DNA of 47,769 nt, the filler included, from Jimgerdemannia flammicorona (taxonomy: Eukaryota), in assembly GCA_003990765.1 (NCBI GenBank). It is 2 parts of 2 records of this genome, joined end to end, with 100 filler letters (N's around TTAATTAATTAA, not from the genome) between each part and the next. Parts side by side here need not be neighbours in the genome. Positions count along the whole stretch, not along the records: positions 1 to 23,835 come from RBNJ01001054.1; positions 23,936 to 47,769 come from RBNJ01001055.1. One strand, written 5' to 3'. Numbering within the stretch: position 1 is the stretch's first letter; every line of letters starts with the position of its first letter. Below, piece by piece: positions 13,901 through 24,237 of this stretch. Position numbers and translations under genes: made by a program. The notes beneath the pieces are model-generated. The model did not search any database, had not been told where the DNA came from, and saw nothing but the letters and a program-made list of their open reading frames with translations.

Positions 13901-15401
13901 ATAACTCACTCATTGAGAATGATATGTGGGACTTGGTCCCTCTTCTGGCAAATTGACAAGCCATAGCATCCCAATGGGTGTATAAAATTAAACATAATAG
14001 TAATGGCGGTATAGAATGATACAAGATCTGATTCGTGGCAAAGGGGTATTCATAAGACTTTGGAGTCGACTATGACGAAACATTTTCCCCAGTATTTAAG
14101 CTTACTTCACTTAGAATACTTCTTGCGATCAGAGCCAAGTATGACTATAAGATACATCAAATGGATGTTAAGACAGCCTTCCTAAATGGAGACATAGATA
14201 CCAAACATATGTTCTTCAACCACAAGGATATGAACTATATGACAATGACAGAAACAAGCTCATATGTAAATTATGCAAAGGGCTCTATGGAATCAAGCAA
14301 GCGGCAAGATTGTGGAATCAAAAGATCGATGGATATCTCCTAGACAACAGATTCAAGCGTTGTGAAGCTGATCCATGCATATATACCCAACATACATCCT
14401 CAGGAATGGTATACCTGGAAATTTGGGTTGATAATATTATTTTAGTCAGAACAGCAAGTGAAATCAATGATGTAAAGGCTATACTATGCCAGGAATTCAA
14501 AATGACGAACTTAGGTGAAGCGTCCTATCTCCTTGGAATATCGATTACATATAATAGGTGCGAGTGCGCTATACACCTAACACAAGCCACATACATTCAA
14601 AATATTCTCGAGCGATTCGGGATGAGTGAATGCAAACCAGTCAGGACACCTATGGAAACATTCGTGAAACTAAAGAAGTCTGACACTACGCCCGAGGGAA
14701 ATGACATCCCCTATCAACAAGCTGTGAGATCCCTCATGTATCTTATACAAGGGACGAGACCTGATATCTCTTTTGTGGTAAACAAAGCGGCGTAGTATTC
14801 TTCATACTACAATAATATCCATTGGACAGCAATCAAGCGAATTTTCAGGTACATCAAAGGAACTGTGGACTATATGCTCACTTTGGATGGTGATAATGGG
14901 CAAAGCGGGAGTACTATATTCCTACTCGGTTCTTGTGATGCCGATTGGGCCGGCAACTTAGATGACAGAAGGTCTATAACTGGATACATCTTTAAAGTAA
15001 ACAACGGAGCCATTTCATGGCAAACGCATAAGCAACCTTCAGTGGCAATATCCTTTATACAAGTGGAATATCAAGTGTTGTCAACAGCAACAAAGGAGGC
15101 TATCTGGCTTTGAGAACTGTTAAAGGAGCTGGAATACAAGCAATGGCACTCTACGCTACTCCAGCAAGATAACCAATCAATGATTGCTTTGACAAAAAAC
15201 CCTATACATTATGCCAGAATGAAACACATTGACATACAGCATCATTTCATATATGAATGTGTGGAAAACAGCACTATACACCTTGAATACACCCCAACAG
15301 AATATATAACGGCAGATTCATTGACTAAAGCCCTTCCAAAGGCAAAGTTTGACTTATGTATGCAAGGAATGGGTATTACGGGACTCTACACTGGTAATTA
15401 A
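10952..15401 (+). pseudogene. Copia gag-pol polyprotein pseudogene
   Basis: ORF fragments are broken by CGA>TGA and TGG>TAG type stops and a frameshift near 12688. The zinc knuckle is eroded to CFYYNKHGHREQDY. Confidence 0.92.
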
Positions 15402-15658
15402 GGACAATTCGGGATGAGATAGGATAATAGAGTGACAGCAAGCTTCTTTAACATTGATTCCTGCATTGGTGATTTCTACCAACATTGCTCATCTATGAAT
15501 GTTCACATTTCTACTTTTCAACCTATTTTTCGAGCTTTAAGTAGGCAATTCAGGTGTTTTTCGGTTTCTAGATAGTGGTCTGAACATTGCAGCGAGATTT
15601 GCAGTAATTATAGCTTAGTATTGCAGTTTGGGAATTTGCATATCTCGTTGAGCGGGAG

Positions 15659-15811
15659 TATTGAAATATGTAGGTTACAACTTGATATATGGTGGTGCAG
15701 CCTTCCTTGACTATGTCATCATATAAACGTCACTAATTGCGATGTGTAAAAGCACATAAGAATTAGTAATAAACAAAAAGCTTCTCCCTCCATTCCAAGT
15801 ATTCCACAACA
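15659..15811 (+). repeat. Copia 3' LTR, preceded by purine-rich tract GAGCGGGAG
   Basis: Direct repeat of 10733-10885, followed by the TSD GATAC. Confidence 0.95.
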
Positions 15812-15980
15812 GATACTACTCTATCTTTAAAGCTACTCAGATATTTAGTCTCCAGTAATCAGTAGTCAGTATTCTGTCTATTCTTATCCCAAGTTTATTT
15901 ATTCAGTGAATATAAACCTTCTAGTCACCCCACACTATTCTGCTAGTATCTATTAATAAACTTAGATACTCTACTTTACT
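15812..15980 (-). mobile_element. Continuation of the old minus-strand LINE (endonuclease region)
   Basis: The reverse complement aligns by eye with 36400-36550 of the intact LINE (RIDRIL-type motif) and joins the SDH motif left of the copia. Confidence 0.7.
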
Positions 15981-17440
15981 CTTCTAGATATATTTTACAT
16001 TATACAAATATATATTACTATATTTTACACAGTTTTTTTTTAGTAAAAAGTATTAAGAATATATTATTAATTCAGAGTTCTGAGAAGTATACGTATTAGG
16101 CAGAGTGGCCCTAGTATATTCAACTAGCAGTATATGAAGAGAAGCTATAGCTTGAGAGGAGGTTTGTTGAGCTCTTATTTAGGTGAACATAGTAGTGATA
16201 AGAGACCAGATACTGAAGGACAGGAGGCTAGGAGAGTAAGCTTTGCTGATAAGATCAAGGCTAGAGATCAGTCAATAGATCTAAATAGCTGGCTACAGGG
16301 GGGCAAGGAGAAGATAAGAGCTATAGGGCCTGGAGAGATTGTACAGAGTGGTAATAAGAGTAGGGCTAGGGGAGTAGTAGCTGGGGGGGAGAGGAGGACT
16401 ACTGATAGAAGAGTAATTACTGATCTGGAAAAAAATCTAAATATGATAGTGATTGGAAGATCTGGACAGAAGATGATATAAGGTCTGGAGACTTGGCTAT
16501 CAGTATAATAGACCTGGTGATAGTATTATTACTTAAGAAATCAGTATCTGAATTCATAGTTACTCTGTGTTTCTAGAACTTAACAGTTATGGTAAAGCCA
16601 GTTCTAGAGTTGCTGGCCCAGAAGATGAAAGAGACAGTCTCAGTAAAGTTTTTGAAAGAGCTCAAGATAGTCAAAGTAGACTTTGAGGAAGAGGATCAGA
16701 TACTGAAAGTGCTGGAGAAAAGAGTGGTAGTTAGAGGAGTAGTAATTCTGATAATAAGATATCTATATTGAGACTCCTGAGTGGTTTAGCTAGTAGTGAT
16801 AAATGTTTCTACTATGAAGAAAAAAGAGGCCAGAAAGCTGATTATTGATACTATTAAGAAGTATAAAGATATAGTAGATATTGAATTCTCTAAGAGGGTG
16901 CAAAGTTCAGAATGAATAATGTAGATATTTGGATAAGGCTGATAGAAAAGAAAAATATAGAGAAAGAGAGAGATTGGCTAATAATGCTGAAGTGGAGCTC
17001 AGTAGAGTATAAGATATTGAGAGTAAAGAGGATATCTGAGGAAGAGAAGAATTTTCTAGAGGATTTGGTAGAGATAGTTAAGAGAAAGAGGCTGACTTAA
17101 AAGAAGTTTAAGACTAAGACAATAGTGGAAATTATATATTAATAACAAGAGGGTGCATCTGGATTGAGCTGCTTGAGAGAGAGCTTAAGAAAGACAGTAG
17201 TAAAGAGAGTTATTGGTGAGTTTAGAGGGAGGTTTAAAAGTAGTAAGATCTATTAAGATAGCTGAATCAAGGGCTAGTATCTGGACAGAAGAGACAGTAA
17301 TATTATGAGAGAGAGATCTGAAGGAGAGTGTAGCTCCAGAGCATAGCATAGTGATTGAAGATGTAGTAATAAAAGAAGAGACTTAGGTCTAGTATAAGGT
17401 TCTGACTATAGAGGAGAAGGGGGGAGATGAGTTAGTATAA
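15981..17440 (+). mobile_element. L1-like LINE 5' UTR and ORF1 relic in opposite orientation
   Basis: Homologous to 33735-35330. For example, TTACTTAAGAAATCAGTATCTGAATTCATAGTTACTCTG matches TTACTCAAGAAGTCAATCTCAGAGTTTGCAGTTACTTTG, and VSVKFLKEL matches VSVKFLKGL. Confidence 0.75.
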
Positions 17441-20177
17441 TAGTATATCTTTACTGTTATAGTAATTATACTCTTTAAGTTAATAATTCTTATTATTAAT
17501 GACTTAAAGACACTTATATCAGATATCTATAGCTTGAGAAAGTAACTATCTTAATACTTAAGTACTATCTGTTATACTTCTAATTAATCTAGTCTCTTTT
17601 TGGTAAACTTGGATAATAATTTAGTAATTACAGACTTTAATTCTTTAAAGTCTAAGTCTTTTAGTATATATTTTTTTAGATATAATCTAGTTCTGAGAAT
17701 TATATTTAGATTCTTCAAAATATTTATAGAATTTAGGACATTTAATTTTAAATATAGTCTTTTAATCTAAGATCATTTAGAGACTTATTTATATATTATA
17801 GACTTAAGTCTTAATTGTTCTCTTTTTTTGAATTGAATATTCTATAAATTCTGAGAGTTTTTGAGTTATTTCTCTAGGGGTATTTATATATTTTAAAGGT
17901 CTTTTAATATTAACTATAAATAATATAAAAATTATACCATAATAGTATTATTACTAAGTTATAATAATGCTATTTTATGATATTATTTTTATGTATTAAC
18001 TATGAAGTAATTATTCTAGATTTTAACTAAGACTTTATTATATATTATATTATATTATATAATAGTAATAAACTTCTGTGAAAGGGATTAAGACTTCTTC
18101 CAGAGTCTCAGATTCAGATAATATAACACTAGACTCTTCAGAGTCTAGTTCTGATCTTATAGTCTCAGATGATAATATAGATACTAATAAGACTAGTCTC
18201 ACATTAGCTAGTACAGGAAATCTTTATGGTTAGATGTTTATAAATATCTGGACCTAAGAAATAGGTGCTTAGAATAGATTAATGAGTTTATTGAAGATAT
18301 TATTTTATATGGCTAAGTATCATTATTATAATACTCTTGCAGACTAAAGTCATTTATGAGATCTAGCTCAATTTGACTTATTAATTAGTTATCAAGACTA
18401 TCAATTTCTACAGAAGTTACTCCTCTTATATTACTAATAACATAGGGTGTTTTTTGAAGTAATTGATAGATATGGATCAAAATATATTATCTAAATATAA
18501 AGATATTATATTTATCTACTATCTCTGATAGAGTTATGCCACTCTTTACTAAAAGTCTACTAGCTTGATAGTTTCTTAATATTTGAAAGTATATTATGAC
18601 TGACTGTATTCTAGCAGCAATTTCATCAATAGCTTCTAAAAACTACTCTATATTATAAGTATTAAAATTAATATATTCTCAGTAATATGGTATTGATAAT
18701 TAAAGACTGCTTCTCAGAAGACTTCATAGATATATTTAGAAGAAGAGGATATAATTTGTTTATGTTTAGTTTTGTTTTTTAGGGATATATATCTATGAGT
18801 TTATATAACTATTATTTGATTAATTATTTTTTAGAGATAATTACTAGTCTTTTATTTATTTACTAAATAAACTATTTTAGTATATAGTACGTAACTATGA
18901 TTTCATAGCTTATCATGGTCTAGTTTAGCTCATGAAGTCACTGGTCTTGAAGATCTTACTAGCTTATAACATCAGAAAGCTGATGATATTAGTAGCTAAT
19001 TTTAATATACTCTAGTTCCTATAATATTATAGACTATTTTAGCTTATGACATCAATGTGACTATAGACTAATTTAGTCTTATGCTATTTTTAGTATTCTT
19101 AGTCTATTTTTGAGGCATATTTATAGTGATGTCAGTATAAGTATATATATATTAAACTAGTACAGAGACTAGTATGACTACTATAATATTACTAGCTAAA
19201 GAGTAAAATTATTATGATCTTACTAATATTCTTGAGTTTTCTAGTATATAATCTTACTGGTGATATAAATTCAATAATGTTAGCTTAATGATATCATTCT
19301 TTGTGATATTGAGATATAATTTTATTATATTATTCCCTCTTTAAGATTTAATATTCTTATTAAATAGTCTTATAAAGTTTTATTTGAAATAAGGTATTCT
19401 TAAGATAATTTTTATCTCTTTTTCTTTCTAAGATCTTTGTAGAGTATTTTCAAAATTTGGAGCTTAGTTTTATTATATAATTAAGAAGTTTTAATTTAGT
19501 TCTTAAGCTAAATTTTAAAATTTTTCTTGACCTTTTATAGAGAGTTAGTCACTTTGTTAAGGTATTAGACTTTTGGTCTACAGGCTAGAGGTTTGACCCA
19601 TTCTGAGTCCTTCTGATAAAGATTTGCTATATTATATACTAGATATATTTTAATACTCTAGAAGTTTCTGGCTTTATTTTACTATATTATTAAGTATAGG
19701 CTAGATATAAGTTGAAGTTAGAGCTAGCTATTCTTTAAGCTATATTGATAAGTGCTAACCTGTACTGAGTTAGTTACCTGATAAGCTGTATTGGAATGTA
19801 GATACTCTATCTGGACTTCTAGATATAGGAGTTATTGATAGTATAAAGAGTTATATCTCTTTTGTCCTAATTTTATTATTATTCTCACAGTCAACTAGTC
19901 TTAGTTTATGAAAATTTTCTTATAACTTTTTCTATATTTACTTATTTTATCCTAGAAATCAGTATCTTGTGATATAGTGAATAGTAGGTTAATCTTAGAA
20001 CTATAAGTTAGAGGTTCAACTTCTCCAAATTTGATATATTATATATATTCTTTAGCCTATATTACCTAGACCTATTATATCTATTCATTTTCCTTGAACT
20101 AAGAGATATGAGTGATATATTAGTAAAATTGTAGTTTTCTTTCTTATTGTACTAAATATTTTAAGATCTTTTCTTTA
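17441..20177. other. Extremely AT/TA-rich degenerate repeat relic, family unassigned
   Basis: No ORFs, almost no CpG, and the same TA/TAG-rich texture as neighbouring old TEs. Confidence 0.5.
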
Positions 20178-21175
20178 GCAGTAGTAAAAGAGGGTATAAT
20201 GAGAGCCAAGAGAGGGCTGAAAGAATCAGTAAGAGGAGTAAAGCTTAAGCCATTATCAAAGAAAAAGAAATAGAGAGAAGATAAGATATAGATAAAGAAT
20301 AGGGTAGAAATTGCATTTATTATTTATTACTATATAAAAGTATAGTCCTTATATACAAATATGAAGTTCCAAAAAGAAATAATACATCACAACATAGAGA
20401 TGACTAGATTAAGAATCTTATGTCATATGAAGATAAGGGAGGAGCCAATCCTAAAGTGAATATAAAAATCAGAAACAAATAAATCCAAATCAAATAGTAG
20501 GAGGAAGTACAATGAGAGTCAAGAGAGGGTCATAAAGACTGGTGAGAGGGGTAAAGTCTGAGCTATTATTAAAGAAGAAAGAAATAGAGGAGAGATAAGA
20601 TATGTATAAGAAAAGTGAAAAATAAGGATAGATAAAGAACAGGACAGAAATTGCATCTGTTGTTTATTATCATACAAAAGCACAGTCTTTATATATAAAT
20701 ATGAAGTTCTAAAAAGAAACAATATACTATAATACAGAGATAATCAGATTAAGAATCTCATGCTTACTGTGGCTTGCTCTACTTGATCTCACCCCTTACT
20801 TATACTCATCCAGAGTCTGTAGTTGTTTTATAATCTTGATTTAGATTTATTTATTTCTGATTTTTATACTTGCTCTGAGATTGACTCCCCTCTTATCTTT
20901 ATATGATATGAGATTCTTAATCTGATTATTTCTATATTGTGGCATATTGTTTCTTTTTAGAACTTTATATTTGTATATAAGGATCATACTTTTGTATAGT
21001 AATAAACAATATATATATTTCTGCCCTATTCTTTGTCTATACTTATTTCTCATCTTTCTCATATCTCATCTTCTCTCAATCTTCTTCTCTTTTGACAATA
21101 ACTCAGGCTTTATCTCTCTTGCTGGTCCTTTTGGCCCTCCTTTGGCTCCTATTGTACCTCTTCTACTACTGCTAC
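20178..21175. repeat. About 320-bp repeat: two tandem copies (20178-20493, 20494-20762) followed by an inverted copy (~20835-21175); pseudo-LTR-like
   Basis: GAGAGCCAAGAGAGGGCTGAAAG and GAGAGTCAAGAGAGGGTCATAAAG recur, and the reverse complement CTTTTGGCCCTCCTTTGGCTCC is at ~21128. Confidence 0.9.
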
Positions 21176-23835
21176 TGCTTTTACCTCTGGAGCCCCTGCT
21201 GCTGATGCAGCTATAGAAGATACTCTTCTTGTTTCTCCCTCTGCCCACTTCTCTCCTGTCAATATCTCTTTTGATGCCTATATATCTTCTACTGTCTTTC
21301 TCTCTCCCTTGACCTTCACTTGTCAGACTGTCTACTTCTTGCTCAGTTTCACTCAGTTCTTACTCTCTTCTCTAAGGAGGCTTATCTTTAATGTGACATC
21401 AATATCATAATTTCTCTCACTATCAAGTTCTCTGTTCTCTCTGAGGAAAATCATTAAGCCTTCTCTAAGGAGGTCTGTCAAGCTTCTATCAATACTAAGA
21501 CTGCTACCACCAATCCAGCATATGATGCTACCTCTATGGTCTCTGGCCAATTCCATCAAGATTACACTGTCTTTATAGTTTTTGCTACCTCTTGTCTTGC
21601 TGATACTGCCCCCTTCTGTGGCTTTAAGCTAATGAGGTTTTTTTTTACTACTGCTGATGTCAATACTGTTTATTGTTTCCTAGTTACTAGCTGCTTTTTT
21701 CTGTCTTACCTTTACACTCTCATACTACTGCTGCTGCTTATACCACTACTACTGCTCCTATCTCTATCTCTTCTAAGGTTTCTATCTCTGAGGCCATTCA
21801 GGCCAAAGTCTGGACTGCCACCTATGCTGAGATTCACTCCTATACTACTGCTATCACTAAGGACCCCAAGGCCTTCAAGGCCCCTAAGATCTCTACTACT
21901 AAGGAGTTTTCAGCCTCTTCTTACTCCTCCTCCTCTAAGGCTGTCTTCTGTTGTAATCATAGCCTCAGTATTCATCCTGTTGGCTCTTGGCCCTACTCTG
22001 CCTGCTCCAACTACCTCTACCAGATCTATTGATACCCTGTCAAGTCCACCTGCTCTCATAGAAGTACTTCTCCACCAGCTGCTACTTCTGCTACTACCTC
22101 CTCCTCTTCTTTTAAGACTCTGTTCTGCTCTTACTCCCTCTCTGCCTCTTCTGCTATCTTCTCTGGGTCTTACTCCCCCTATATTCCTGAGTGCAAAGAC
22201 TTGTAGCCATAAGGTCTGGCACTCTAATGGGGTCTGCTCAAGGTCATCTGCCTTACTTCCTTCAAAAAAAGTCCAAGAAAAGAGAAAGACCTCTCACTCT
22301 TAAACTTCCCTTCAGTCTAGTTCTCTTCTGGTATCTCTGTCTCTTCTTGGATCCTATTATCACTTCTAATATATCTTGAGTAGTTTCTCATATTGTCTCT
22401 CCTTTATCTTTCTTAGTTACTTATCCTGAATTTTTGGGTTTATTTTTCTTTTGGGGTTCTTTTGTTCTCTTCTTTTTCTTGGGCTAACTGCCCTCTTACC
22501 TCTCTTTAAACTTTTGCACTCTCCTTGAGTCTCTACTTCATTTTTCTGACAACTTATTCCCAATTCTCCTTTGTTGACCCAGCTCATCTCAAGTGCTTTC
22601 ATCATACCCTTGATCTTATTATCTTCTTTAAAGATTATACTAAGTTGTCCTCTAGCTATTATATTTCTAACAAATGGGTCCTCTCTCTTAATGTCTCTTT
22701 AAACTGCATATTTCAAGATATGGTCTACTCACTGATCCTTCTAGGTCATGCTTACTCTTATTTGGTTTGGGCCATACTATGTATACTATACTTAAATTGG
22801 TCAAGTAATTGCCTTTATATTTACTCATAGTCACTGATAAGAACTAAGGTTTTACTCTTATTCCTCAATTGCTCTACCTTGGTGACCTTACTGTCCTCCT
22901 CTATACTATGGCTTATGAGTTACATATATGCTCTTAGATTGGATGAGGTACTCTCTCTTCTCTAGGTTGTTCTGGCTCATACAGCCTTACTTTTGGATTC
23001 TCCATTTATGCCTTCTGTTTTTCACTTCTTCCAAGACTCTTTGTCCTTGCAAGATGTTCATCTCTCAGTTTTCTATACTCTTTCTAAAGTTTACAAGCCT
23101 ACTTTGGCTTGGCATCCTATTACAACTACCTTTTACTCACCTACTACTGAGGTTTTGAAGTAGTTATTCTGCTTCTTTCTCTTATAGATGGCTCTTCTTC
23201 AGCACCAACTTAGGCCTGAGTACACTATTTTTTATAATACTCAGGAGCTCATACTTTTCTATTCTATCATTATACCTGTTCACTATTTTTCCCATTTGGC
23301 CTCTCTCCTTCTATACTACTATTCATTTTAACAAGATTGATAATTGCCTTCATTTCTTGGTATCTATTATCTTCTCTAGTTTCAATAGCTTCTATTATTG
23401 AGCTTATGTTTCTTATCTATCACTTCAATTATTTTAAGTCAGCCCTTGGCTCTTTCTGTCAAATTTCTGGCATTACTATAAGAATAAATTATTTTAACGT
23501 AATCCCCCCCCCCCTTACTGGCCTGGCCTATAAACTTTATATAATATATGATTCTTTTTCACCTCTTACTATTGTATTCTGAGCTGGAGATATCTTCTTC
23601 TACTGATATATTGATGACTTTATTGTCCTTACTATTGTTGATATTGATATTCTTAGTGTATTTTATAGTATCTACTCTCTCCATCATTCTATTATATAAG
23701 TACTTAGTATAACTAGTATCTCCTTTTTAGACCTTTCTATCTCTCTTTCTCCTTTTTGAACTATTATTTATTTCAAATTCTCATATTCCCAACAGTTCCC
23801 TGACTATTATTTCAATTATCCTTAGTGTACTTTTT
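20763..23835 (+). mobile_element. Degenerate Penelope-like retroelement (PLE), RT truncated by the assembly gap
   Basis: Eroded PLE RT motifs appear in order: DKN*G (22836), FYTLSKVYKP..WHPI (23071, cf. LPK.HK..RPI), NYF....FCQISGITIRIN (cf. Q..G.AMG.N) and FY*YIDDF (23598-23621). An upstream low-complexity ORF relic and pLTR-like repeats are also present. Confidence 0.75.
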
Positions 23836-23935
23836 NNNNNNNNNNNNNNNNNNNNNNNNNNNNNNNNNNNNNNNNNNNNTTAATTAATTAANNNNNNNNN
23901 NNNNNNNNNNNNNNNNNNNNNNNNNNNNNNNNNNN
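23836..23935. other. Artificial 100-bp scaffold gap: 44 N + TTAATTAATTAA + 44 N
   Basis: Symmetric N runs around a 12-mer with stop codons in all six frames. Confidence 0.97.
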
Positions 23936-23940
23936 AAAAA

Positions 23941-24218
23941 AGACCATCACCCAGAAATCGCATACTTTTGGAGATTGCCTCACTATACAAAATTGTACTA
24001 TTCCCAGTTGACCCAAGAAGGAAAAGACATACAAATCACTGCTATGCTCAGAGAACTGTCCCAATAAGGAAATTGCTCACAGATATCCAGTCTTGACTAT
24101 TATATCGTTAAACACTAAGAACATTTTATTGCTTTTTAACAAAGTAACTGGGGGCTCAAGCCAAACTACATCAACCCTCCAACCTTGTAATTTGCCTCCA
24201 TTGAGCCAGCATGTTACA
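23941..24218 (+). repeat. Gypsy 5' LTR, 3' portion only (cut by gap)
   Basis: Matches ~31286-31562 and ends in TTACA. Confidence 0.92.
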
Positions 24219-24220
24219 TT

Positions 24221-24237
24221 TGGGGGCTCAACTGGGA
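24221..24237 (+). promoter_or_regulatory. tRNA-Pro-type primer-binding site TGGGGGCTCAACTGGGA
   Basis: Directly follows the LTR and resembles the canonical Pro PBS TGGGGGCTCGTCCGGGA after CpG decay. Confidence 0.75.

Larger units (their letters stand above)
10733..15811 (+). mobile_element. Full-length degenerate Ty1/copia LTR retrotransposon inserted in the LINE endonuclease region
   Basis: Two 153-bp LTRs and a 5-bp TSD GATAC (10728-10732, 15812-15816). Domain order is gag, protease (WLMDSGAT), integrase (HMDICGP, SDNGKEY, PQQN..VER.N), RT (MDVKTAFLNG) and RNase H (CDADWAG). Confidence 0.97.

Noticed and set aside
11381..15113. Frequent in-frame TGA/TAG in TE ORFs as stop-codon reassignment
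   Set aside because: Stops fall at expected Arg (CGA), Gln and Trp positions only in TEs, while host genes use the standard code.
20195..20230. Possible hammerhead ribozyme in the pLTR-like repeat (ATGAGAGCC...GGCTGAAAG)
   Set aside because: No CTGANGA core or supporting stems could be established, and it is on the antisense strand of the RT.
21536..22303. 255-aa Leu-rich ORF as a membrane protein gene
   Set aside because: It is a compositional artefact of C-to-T mutated CT-rich TE sequence.
23880..23891. Palindromic TTAATTAATTAA as a biological site
   Set aside because: It is centred in symmetric N padding and is an assembly spacer.
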